Shown one piece after another: positions 1 to 11,000 of a stretch of DNA of 64,000 nucleotides; within the stretch, counting starts at the first letter, position 1; each line of letters begins with the position of its first letter. A program made the position numbers and the translations under genes. Origin of the DNA: Amphiscolops sp. MND2022 (taxonomy: Eukaryota); assembly GCA_964187785.1 (NCBI GenBank), contig OZ076412.1, forward strand, positions 57,722,001 to 57,786,000. The letters run 5' to 3'. The notes below the pieces were generated by a model. The model saw nothing but the letters and a program-made list of their open reading frames with translations. It ran no database searches and was not told where the DNA came from.

Positions 1-705
1 TCCGCACTTATAGCATTCGGTGTTTTTCTCTACTGCGAATACCGGTTCTTCTTTGATGTTGGTCGTTTTGATACAAATTGTTTTCTTTTGCTGAGCGCCT
101 TGCTCAAAAGCGACTGCGAAGTTCAACGCCTCATTTGGATTATCTTTGGGCTCCGTGAACAATCTCTCTTGAACCAATGTATTCTTCATATTTGAAACCA
201 AGATATCGTACACTAGCCCAGTGGTTTGTGTACCAAAGTCGCAATTTGCGGCTAGTCCATTTAGGGCGTGCCAAAACTGCTCGAGGCTCTCATCGTCCTT
301 TTGTTTCCTGTTTAGAAATTTATGGCGGTACATGAGCCTGTTTCTTTTCTTCTGAAAGGCATCAGTACACTCTTTTAGTAGATCTTTTATGTTGATAGCC
401 TTTATGTCCATATCTGGCTTTCGGTCAAGTAAGGTTTTTCGTGCTGCTTCGCCAAGGGCAATATACAAAAAACTGACCGCTTTTCTCTGAGCTATTGGTT
501 CTTCTGCACCTCCCATCAGTTCTTTCCTTCTGGGCGTTCCCGCTTCATCTCGGGTTAGCTCTTCTAGCGAGATTGATGATTTTGCCATGAGTGTTGCCTC
601 AAATAGCTCGATCCATCTATTCCACTCTTGTTGGATTTCCGTTGAAGGGTCTTGCCAGAAGACTGGAATTCCTGATATGGGTTGGTTTTCGCTTCGCAGC
701 GCCAT
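1..705 (-). mobile_element. Ty3/gypsy-type gag ORF, 5' part (runs off the window edge; absent from the ORF track)
   Basis: My translation of the minus strand from 705 is open for 235 codons: MALRSENQPISGIPVFWQDPSTEIQQEWNRWIELFEATL...FLNRKQKDDESLEQFWHALNGLAANCDFG...EEPVFAVEKNTECYKCG. This is a retrotransposon gag capsid-like region ending at the start of a CX2C zinc knuckle. PBS-like TGGCGCTGCGAAGC at 704-691 directly follows ...TTACA. Confidence 0.9.
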
Positions 706-1525
706 GTAATAGCTAGCGGTATGAATGTTAAAAAGAGAGTGTGAGTGTAACTGAATGTTAATTCTCTCAGACTTTAATGGTGGTTTTTCATAGGTTTCTT
801 GAACACTGTGTTTTGTTAGCAGGTACTTGTCTAAGTGACAAAGTGACAGCTGCTCTTTTAGCGGAATCTACCACAGTTATGCAGGTTTCATTAAGAAGCC
901 GTTCTAATTTTGAAAGCAACTGAGCCCTAGCCGAGATTGTCTGAACTTTTTACATGCTGCATGGAAACATACAGGCTAATTTTTTTATAAAACTTGGAAG
1001 CCAAAGAAAACAAAGTATGGCTTTTGGGTTAACTATTTTACACGCAATATATTTGAAAAAATTCGCAGTTATTCTTAATCTTGTATAAGACAAGTTTTGA
1101 CTAATGAATCTCTCATGTTTACCACATTGATCAGAAGAATTCGCTGTGGGCAGCCTATGTGTATTCATTGAAACATTTGAACTTTGTAGAAGAAAATGAC
1201 TAAAACCATTTACTTTTCTTAAAAAGTCAAACAGTTGTTCAGAAGATTGTGGCGAATTCATAGAATATTCTATGTTTTCAACAGAGGTTCGAAAGTTTTG
1301 CTTAATACGGGAAGGATGTAGAGCTTCCGCTCAAAGGAAATCTATTTGGTATTTATCACAATTAGCGATCAAGACACAGTCAGTTGCAGCTTGTTTTCCA
1401 TTTCATTTCTTTACTGCGCGAAGTTTGTTGCGATTTGCATGCGTCATTGATATTTTGCATGGTCATGTATTGTGATTTATGAACGGAGATGTAGCATCAA
1501 TAACAGCCACGTAGCCTGGCTAACA
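705..1525 (-). mobile_element. Probable 5' LTR of the edge gypsy element (far boundary uncertain)
   Basis: Minus strand ends ...CTATTACA next to the PBS. Candidate start is TGTTAGCCAGGCT at 1525, preceded by purine-rich GGGAGAG. No second copy in the window to confirm it. Confidence 0.4.
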
Positions 1526-2068
1526 CTCTCCCAGAAGCTATTTTGTTCTGGGTAATTTCACAGAGGGTTGGAATTGTCAAACTGGTTTTAATCTTTGGCA
1601 ATATAATATACGTGTAACATACGAAGTTAGTCTAAATCACGCACGCTTAAGCGTCATTCAATTGAATGAGGTCCATTTTTTTGTGAAATACTTCATAAAT
1701 CAAAGGGAAAGGTTGAATGTACATGATGTAACGTGTTTAGTTGCGAGGACCAATTTGGCATTACGAGAGAAGACCAATTTCAAATGTTTCCCGAGAAGCC
1801 ATAACACTTCAAAAGACAAAAAGCAGTTCAGGGGTCTGATTTGTGGCACTAATTCATTCGAATTCCACATTGAGTTATGATACATTCTTTGCTATTCCTC
1901 TTCTTAATAATATCGAAATTCCGACCCTTATTTTTGTTACATGAGCAGCGCCTTGGTGAAAATCGCCATTCAATTATTAAAGAGCTACATTTAGCCTAGC
2001 AGTTACTGAAAGAAATTCACGACGTTATTTTTTCTAAACTTTCGCTACAAAGTGGACCAAGTTTACGA

Positions 2069-5000
2069 ATGGAAATGCCCATACGTCGTTCAACCTTCAT
2101 CACCCTTGTAAATTATTTTTTCTTGTATTTACTTATATTTATATTTTTATCAAATCTATCGAACGCAGCCACAGCTGAGAAAAATCTCCGTGCCAAACTT
2201 TTTACTGGCAACGACCGATGGGCCAGACCTGTGGCTCATGCCAAAGATGTTGTCAACGTCACCTTTGCGGCAGCCATTTACCAGGGATTATCTTGAACAC
2301 ATTTTCAGTCTTTACGGTAAACTGAAAAGGGTCTGAATGATTTTTAAAATTTTCACATTTTCATTCAGACTTCAGCTGAATAAAAAACCCAAAAAAAACG
2401 ACTCCTTCGAACACTTTTGGCACTGCAATTCTGAGTCTTTTTTGAAATCAGGTCCTTAAGATTCGAAATACAAAGAGCTTTGAGCGGTGTTTGATGTCCC
2501 CGGCTTTTGTTCTAACATCGTTTGGCATACTCTATTTTTATGCCCAAAAACACAGTAAGGTACCAAAAAATTACGAACTTCCAATTTTTTGTAGATTTCT
2601 CAATTTTTTAGCTATCAAAACTAATTTTTGTGAAAATCCATGGTCGGTGTTTGTTTCTCTAACTTTTCCTGATCCAGGCCCTCACTGTGGGTACTCTAAT
2701 GTATTAAACTTGAGTTCACCGCGCTGTTTTTTGCTGTATCAACCCTTAGTTTGATCATGATTGAAAAATTCTCCTATTTTTGTTGAAATGGTATGAAAAA
2801 CAAAGCAACACAGATAGCTCTAGCGTCCTCTGTTCCCCAACGCCAAAACAGTTAAAAAACGTTTCAAAAAAGAATTTTTCACCCTCGAACACTCGAAAAC
2901 CTAGGAATCTTGAATGACAGTTTAAATGATCAATTTTTAGCCGTTGCAAATTATCCTCAGCAAATTAGATTGAGTTACTTCTCAGCCGCTTCTGTAAGGA
3001 AACAAGGGCCTTTAAGTTGGTTTTGACAAGGTTGTCAGACCGAGCCGATGAAATTAAGAAAGTTCAATGCTAATCCTGGGAAGAATTTCTGCTAAATTCA
3101 AAAATTAACGGTAAAATTAGGTGCCATTTTGATGTTTGGAAGTAATGCAACGTTGAAGCTTTTCCAGAAAATGTACCAAAATGCATGCTACATCGAACCT
3201 TTTGTTCAAGTTTTATACATTACTTTGAACTTTTTCATAACGTAAAATCATAACCTGCGTTCGCATTGATAATGTCATAAGAAGTCAAGACAAAAACATT
3301 CCGGGTGCGCAGCGTACCTACAAAATGTACAGTAAATAGAAGAGAAAACCTTTTTTGCGTACCATAAATCACTTAAGCTTTCTCAAATGAAGAACGCAAT
3401 GCGGTCAGCGTAAATAATTCACGTAAAAAAAACAGGAAGTATCTTTTTTTGTACCCGTACTGAGATCCCATCGCAGTTCATCGATGGCCATCGCAGTCCC
3501 ATGGGGCCCATCGATGGCCATCAATGGTCCATCGATGGGCATCGATGAGGTTTTTCTAACGATGATCCCATCGATGGGAATCGAAGTTTTCCATCACAAA
3601 AATTCGTTCGACTTGGCCATGTTCAAAATTTCAACAAAACTCTGGCCATTTACGTTTTTCATTCAGTCTATTTAAACTTTGTTTGAGATTTCGAGGATGC
3701 CCAAATTATTTTATTCGGAAATGAAGTTATACATAGTGTAAGGACTACGGTCGTCTGTGTCTCTTAAATTACACGCGGACCGTGAGTCCTTTTTTGTAAT
3801 TTTAGATATAAACCCGTTAGTTCCTTCTGTATTATCCTGATTATTTGGTGACGAACCGGACTCAGTGTCCTTCTGTCCTGAAGACAGCGTACCCATAATA
3901 TTTTGTATCTCGGGGACCATTTTATCATTGATGGCAGAATTGATCGCTCTAGTTATCTGGACTTGTAGGAAGTTCATAAGTGAATCTGTCACTTGGGATA
4001 ACCTGAGATTCAATTCCTCTGATAACAGTTCCATAGACTCTAAGTGTCTATCTGACCTAGTGGTCTCAATTCTACAGCCAATGTTTCTATTCTCAATTTG
4101 CTGTGAAGGAATTTTGTAAGTAAGAATGGCCTCGGGGTCACCTCGGCCGAGAGAATGATTTAATACAATCTCGAATTTCTTTTCTATATAATTTGAATTG
4201 ATTCCACCAAGCATCATGTCCCTGTCGTTATCAATGGACATCGTGTCCATTTCTCTACAACGTCTAATTCAGTATTTTGTCTTCTTGTTGAAGAAAGTAT
4301 TTGTAGGGAAAGAAGTCAATTACTTCTTTTATGGTAAAATAAAGTGAGTTTGACAATCGGTCTCAATAATAGAGTTACAAATCAACATTGTGTCCTCGGG
4401 ACTAGGAGTCCCGAGTATTTATACTAAAATATGCATGACATACAAAATATAGGGTATCATCAATCTAATTTTAGAGCAAGTGCTCTAAAAATAGCTACAA
4501 AGGACTGCGTGTCCTTACAAACACACAATGACGTAGTTCTAAATATAGCAGCAACATGACGCAGTCAATATATATCTATATATAGTAACAGCGTCAACAA
4601 ATATCCACGTGGCCCTGAAGGCCGTCTAAATGGAACATGTTTAATAACACTACATGTAAAGCATCTTATATTAAACTGCATGTATAGCATGTGGAAATGA
4701 ATGGCAAGTAGACACAAGGGCCGTAACCTATAATAGACGACATAATACTGGCTATTCATGGGAATTAGTTTCCCGTCTGAGATAGCTTCAGAGAAGGGGG
4801 GAGGACTGAAAGTCCAGCATAATTTCGATGAATGAATTTCAACCACGAAAATGTATGTATGTATGTAGCAACAAATTGTTATAGGCCTTAAGGGCCGTAC
4901 AAAACTATTAATTGCATCTTTGTATAATATATTGCACTTTCATTTTTAAATTGGACTGGTAGTCCCACTGCCATAACACCGACAATACAAATAACTGCTA

Positions 5001-8000
5001 TACTAGATGGGAGTGTTCAGCAAGCGTACTGCGCTGTAATTGGTTAATATTTAACCGGACTAGTTGTCCACTAGCCATAAGTGAGAGGTTTATTTAGGTG
5101 GATAGGCGTGAAAGGTCTTTAAATGAAAGTTAACAGCGCTTAAAATCTAAATTGGGACTCAATTTCCAACTGCCGCAAACGTACTGGTTTATTAGTTGAC
5201 AAGCGGTGAACGGCCATCGCGTCCATTAATTAAAAGCACTAAATTAGAGCACTCATACTAATACTGCAATTTGATTGGTCTAAATTCAACCGGACTGGCT
5301 GTCCAAGACGACACAAAGGGACTCAAAACAAAATAAGATCACAGGTGGCAGCCTGCGACACTCCCCCTGGCATAAGGAGAAACGTTCCTGCTGACCCCAC
5401 ACTGACACGGTCCATGTGGTCGTCTTCATCGCTTGATAGATTACTGTGCCGTCCGACTTTGGTTATTAGGACAATAGGTCTCTCGAATGATGTCCGAAAC
5501 ACATTGCAATCCTTTTATATGCTGTAACGAGAATATTTTACATGTATAGAAGCAACAAACTATATAGCCTTCATGTCCACAACATTTTGCAACATCCATA
5601 ATACTTGTGACATGGTTACATAATAATCAGCATGAGTACAAAGGTGGTATTGGTTTATGACCATCATGTCCTTTAATACAGGTGAATGGATAAAATATCG
5701 GGTGGGGACTATTTTACTAATATCAGGGATTGGTGGACTGCCCTTGGCGTTAATGGCCAAGGGACATCAAGGACTGGTTTCAAAGCATCAATAAGCATTG
5801 ATTAAAATACATTTCAACTGCTTCATATTAGCTCAGGAATTGATAAATTAACAGCATCGCTTCAAAAAAAAAGGAAAGCCACAATGGCTGCCCGTCCTAT
5901 TATAACGTAACTAAATACTGCATGGCCTGCGTGGCCTTTAATTCTATTTACTGCGTACAATTAATAAGAGCACAGTGAATGGCGGCATGTGATTGGGTGA
6001 TTTATATTAAGGACCTGTGGTCCGCTACGCCAGGCTGTGTACATTGCATGGCCTCACTCGTCCATTTAACTTAATTGAGCAGGTACACGTATTTAATCAC
6101 AGCAACAATAATATAAAATATATAAGCGCTTCTGATTGATCAGTCTAAATTTGGACCTGTGGTCCACCACGCCAAGCCAAAAATCATTTAAACATTAATA
6201 ATACAGCGCTGGAAACAGTAGCAACATAGTTTTGTAATAATAAGGCCTTGTCGTCCAAGCACCAACTACTGCCTGGCTGTCTACGGCGTATGGCTGTACT
6301 CGGTTTTTCAGGAGATTCCGCTCACAGATTTTGATAAAATCCATAAGTTGACACGTATTTGACATCAAGTCCAAATAACTGTAAATTTGACAATAAATTG
6401 TATAGCCACGAACTCCAATTACTTTATCGACATTGTGTCAGTCTTTGTTACTTTGCCCATTTCTCCACTCAATTCAATATTTTTATTAATCATTCATATT
6501 ACTCAGAATTTAGCCAACGTCGCATTTAGTCTTCTTGTATTTGATCCACAGTCAGTCTTCTAGTCGGTTTTACTTGTGGTCTTCTTTTATATTATCTTCT
6601 TGGGACGTTCTGTGCAATCATCCTTACTCCCGTGGGTTACCTTGGGCTCGCCCCGGATAATCGACATCGAGTCCCCACTTAGCGGTTCTCTGTCAGTTCC
6701 CGTCTTATTCACCTTCTTTGGAAGAAAACACAGTCCTTTGCCTTGCTACTCTTAACTTGCCATCAGAGTGGACTCAAGGTCTCTTTGCCAACTTTCTCTT
6801 GGATTTGCGGACAACACTTTCAGCAGTGACACACAGTCAAATTGTTCTCTTCAGGAATCGCAACCAACAGTCCGAAATTTTCAATTTAGACGCAACAGCC
6901 ATCATTTTCCCAGCAGATATCCATATAGGTGTGTTGTTATGAAGGTTTTCTTTCATTAGTTTCGATTTTTGATTTTGAACTTGAAGAGGCTTGATCAAGG
7001 CCTTCATGTTGTTCAAGTAATTCCTGTCCATATAACACAAGTGTTCACTTGAGTTCGATTCTTTCTACTCCGGAGATTTTATATGCGGTAAATGGACTTT
7101 AATTAAGGAAGGTTCCCGCTTGAATTTATTTCGTTCTATTTAGACATGTCGTCTGAGAACAACTTGAAGAAAATCCAACACAACATTCTGAAAATAATGA
7201 TGTCCAGCAGTTCACTGGATTCCTGGTGACTGAAGATACTGCTGAGTCAAATAAGCGAATTGCTGAGCCAGTTTGCCGTCAAGCGGACATACTGACCCCT
7301 AGTCCATCAACTGAAGATAGTGTTAGCGCGTCATTCGGGGCTACAGAGTCTGTACAGGAAACTGAGCCAAGTTCATCTAAATCCTAAATGTACATAGTGT
7401 ACATTTGTTTCTAATTCATTTCTGTTGTATTTCAAACTGGTTTGTATTTGTTGTATTAATGTGCTTGCAGACTGTTTGTGGCTTTTATTGTATTATTCGC
7501 CACTGAGTCCATTTGTTGTTGTATTTGTCCGAAGATATAATTTGTGCATGAGAAGTCAAAAGATATAGTCAGAGCAGTCCCAAATAAAATACAAGTCCCA
7601 GTGGGCGAATAGAGAAAAGGAGACAAGCAATTTAATTTTCTGGCTAGTGATTGTATTCATGAGGATAGTTGGGGATGGGTTAGATTGAAGATTGTATTTT
7701 CTCCTCTGGGACTCGTATTTTCATCAATTTCTTCATTTTCCGATATTCCGGGCACGGTAATATCTGCGCCTCCGTTCGGAACAATTTCCGCATCGTCTAG
7801 TTCATTTGTGACGTTATATTCCTTTTCCGTCCTACTTGTCGATTTATTCGGTGGGGACGCCGCGTCACGGTTGTTGGCCGGTGTCGGCTGTATTTCATTC
7901 TCGGTGACGTCATTTTCACTCATTTTCTGGCTGCAGCGTTCATCTTCGTGTACGCTGCTGCGTTCAGTTTCAATGACGTAATGGTCCACACCGCCACTTG

Positions 8001-11000
8001 CGTCGTCGTTCAGCAGGCGTGTAGCCACGTCGGTCCAATTTTCTTTTCTCGGCTCAAATACTTTGAAATGAAAGTCTGATTCCCACAAAATTGTATACAA
8101 GTCGTTTTCTGTTCGTCGTGTAGACGTGTTCGGATCATTTTCATTATTTGTAAGTGGATAGTTTCGATAGTATTTGTAACTGGAAAAGACGTAATGTCGT
8201 TCTGACATGGGTTCATTCATTTGGAGTCGTGGCGCAGTTAGTTTTTTGAATTTGGCTTCTGAGAGATAATATGACCTGATGTGGCACTTGACTGTTTGTC
8301 ATTGATATAGGGGGACGCCTCGTCTCCTGGTCTGGGTGATGGTTTTGTTTTTGCTTTATTTCTCTTGGGGCGTAAATTCGCACCTGCGCCTTTCCAACAT
8401 TTTTCGGCTGTGTGGTTTGTTTTACTGCACGTTGGGCATTCAGGGTATGTTGGACGCTGGGGCTTTTTGTCACTTTTGTCCTCCACTTTCCGTTTCTTTT
8501 TCAGTTTTGGACAGTTTTTATAAAAATGGTTTGTCGCCTTGCAATATGCGCATTGAGCTGCTTTATTTGTGTCAAGGCTATTAGACAGCAAACTTTGAAA
8601 AATTTCAAGCATAGTAGTTTCTGGTGTGGGTGGCGTTGTGTCCATTAAGACATTATGGACCGATTCCTGTACTTCAAGGTTCGGGTCCGAGTGGATTCGT
8701 CCAGTCAGGAACTCAGGAATTGATCGCTGGGTGTCGTTAACTCCTGTCACCATGTAAGGACTACGGTCGTCTGTGTCTCTTAAATTACACGCGGACCGTG
8801 AGTCCTTTTTTGTAATTTTAGATATAAACCCGTTAGTTCCTTCTGTATTATCCTGATTATTTGGTGACGAACCGGACTCAGTGTCCTTCTGTCCTGAAGA
8901 CAGCGTACCCATAATATTTTGTATCTCGGGGACCATTTTATCATTGATGGCAGAATTGATCGCTCTAGTTATCTGGACTTGTAGGAAGTTCATAAGTGAA
9001 TCTGTCACTTGGGATAACCTGAGATTCAATTCCTCTGATAACAGTTCCATAGACTCTAAGTGTCTATCTGACCTAGTGGTCTCAATTCTACAGCCAATGT
9101 TTCTATTCTCAATTTGCTGTGAAGGAATTTTGTAAGTAAGAATGGCCTCGGGGTCACCTCGGCCGAGAGAATGATTTAATACAATCTCGAATTTCTTTTC
9201 TATATAATTTGAATTGATTCCACCAAGCATCATGTCCCTGTCGTTATCAATGGACATCGTGTCCATTTCTCTAGAACGTCTAATTCAGTATTTTGTCTTC
9301 TTGTTGAAGAAAGTATTTGTAGGGAAAGAAGTCAATTACTTCTTTTATGGTAAAATAAAGTGAGTTTGACAATCGGTCTCAATAATAGAGTTACAAATCA
9401 ACATTGTGTCCTCGGGGCTAGGAGTCCCGAGTATTTATACTAAAATATGCATGACATACAAAATATAGGGTATCATCAATCTAATTTTAGAGCAAGTGCT
9501 CTAAAAATAGCTACAAAGGACTGCGTGTCCTTACAAACACACAATGACGTAGTTCTAAATATAGCAGCAACATGACGCAGTCAATATATATCTATATATA
9601 GTAACAGCGTCAACAAATATCCACGTGGCCCTGAAGGCCGTCTAAATGGAACATGTTTAATAACACTACATGTAAAGCATCTTATATTAAACTGCATGTA
9701 TAGCATGTGGAAATGAATGGCAAGTAGACACAAGGGCCGTAACCTATAATAGACGACATAATACTGGCTATTCATGGGAATTAGTTTCCCGTCTGAGATA
9801 GCTTCAGAGAAGGGGGGAGGACTGAAAGTCCAGCATAATTTCGATGAATGAATTTCAACCACGAAAATGTATGTATGTATGTAGCAACAAATTGTTATAG
9901 GCCTTAAGGGCCGTACAAAACTATTAATTGCATCTTTGTATAATATATTGCGCTTTCATTTTTAAATTGGACTGGTAGTCCCACTGCCATAACACCGACA
10001 ATACAAATAACTGCTATACTAGATGGGAGTGTTCAGCAAGCGTACTGCGCTGTAATTGGTTAATATTTAACCGGACTAGTTGTCCACTAGCCATAAGTGA
10101 GAGGTTTATTTAGGTGGATAGGCGTGAAAGGTCTTTAAATGAAAGTTAACAGCGCTTAAAATCTAAATTGGGACTCAATGTCCAACTGCCGCAAACGTAC
10201 TGGTTTATTAGTTGACAAGCGGTGAACGGCCATCGCGTCCATTAATTAAAAGCACTAAATTAGAGCACTCATACTAATACTGCAATTTGATTGGTCTAAA
10301 TTCAACCGGACTGGCTGTCCAAGACGACACAAAGGGACTCAAAATAAAATAAGATCACATGTGGCAGCCTGCGACACATAGTTATCCATATTATTTACTT
10401 TTGCCAGGTTTTCCTTTTTTTTCAAACAATTCAAGGACAAGGCTCCGAAATAAGTGACTTTCAGGCTCGAGAAAGCTTACTCAGGCTCAACAGGAAATGA
10501 GAGTAGGTTAAAATTAGATATATTTAACCCTAAAATGCTCCACAAGTGCCCCCATGCGCTGGGCGATAATTCAAATCCCATCGATGCCCATCGGAAAAAG
10601 TTCCCCGTCGGTGGGATTGAATGGAGTCTCAGTACGGTGTACAAAAAACTGCGCCAGCCCAAAGACCCTGATTTAATCTTGAAGTTATTGAATTCTATCG
10701 CTCAACAAGCTGGTAGCAGCATAAATCGTACCTCAAAAAGCACAAACACTTCAAAGCGTCGAGCAATTTTTGAAAACTTTTCACCCTCAAAGTGCCAAAA
10801 AAACCCAAAAATTTTCTCACTGAAAACATCAAATTACCTAAGTGAAAACCCTTTTTTCAGAAAACCTTTTTTGTATAACCAAAATTATCAACAAAACCAG
10901 AGGAGGACACATTCGCCTTATTTTCAAAACCGTAGATTTTTTTGTAGATTTTGCATTTGCAAAAATATATTCACTGTGTATAAACACATTGTTAGGAGCA

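Larger units (their letters stand above)
3737..10376 (-). mobile_element. Non-autonomous Ty3/gypsy-like LTR retrotransposon (6640 bp) in channel intron 1, antisense to the host
   Basis: Two 1624-bp LTRs (3737-5360, 8753-10376) with TGT...ACA ends and about 6 visible differences. TSD CATAG at 3732-3736 and 10377-10381. PBS TGGTGACAGGAGT (8752-8740, tRNA-Leu-like). PPT CCAGGGGGAG (5370-5361). No RT, RNase H or integrase recognisable. Confidence 0.95.

Noticed and set aside
1526-1950. Tandem second internal domain beyond the edge element's LTR
   Set aside because: Only a 7-nt PPT-like run supports it, and no pol-like coding sequence follows.
3711-4250. 179-aa ORF as an independent gene
   Set aside because: It is the 3' LTR copy of the gag N-terminus reading through the TSD into flanking DNA.
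4770-4850. Possible hammerhead ribozyme around GGACTGAAAGTCC
   Set aside because: No CUGANGA core positioned with a GAAA on either strand.
3777-6256. Dyad array as a CRISPR array
   Set aside because: Repeats are only 13 bp with variable loops, spacing is irregular, spacers share flanking similarity, no cas genes are present and the context is a eukaryotic LTR.
3777-6256. The dyad contains the AhdI restriction site GACN5GTC
   Set aside because: No prokaryotic restriction-modification context, so treated as coincidence.
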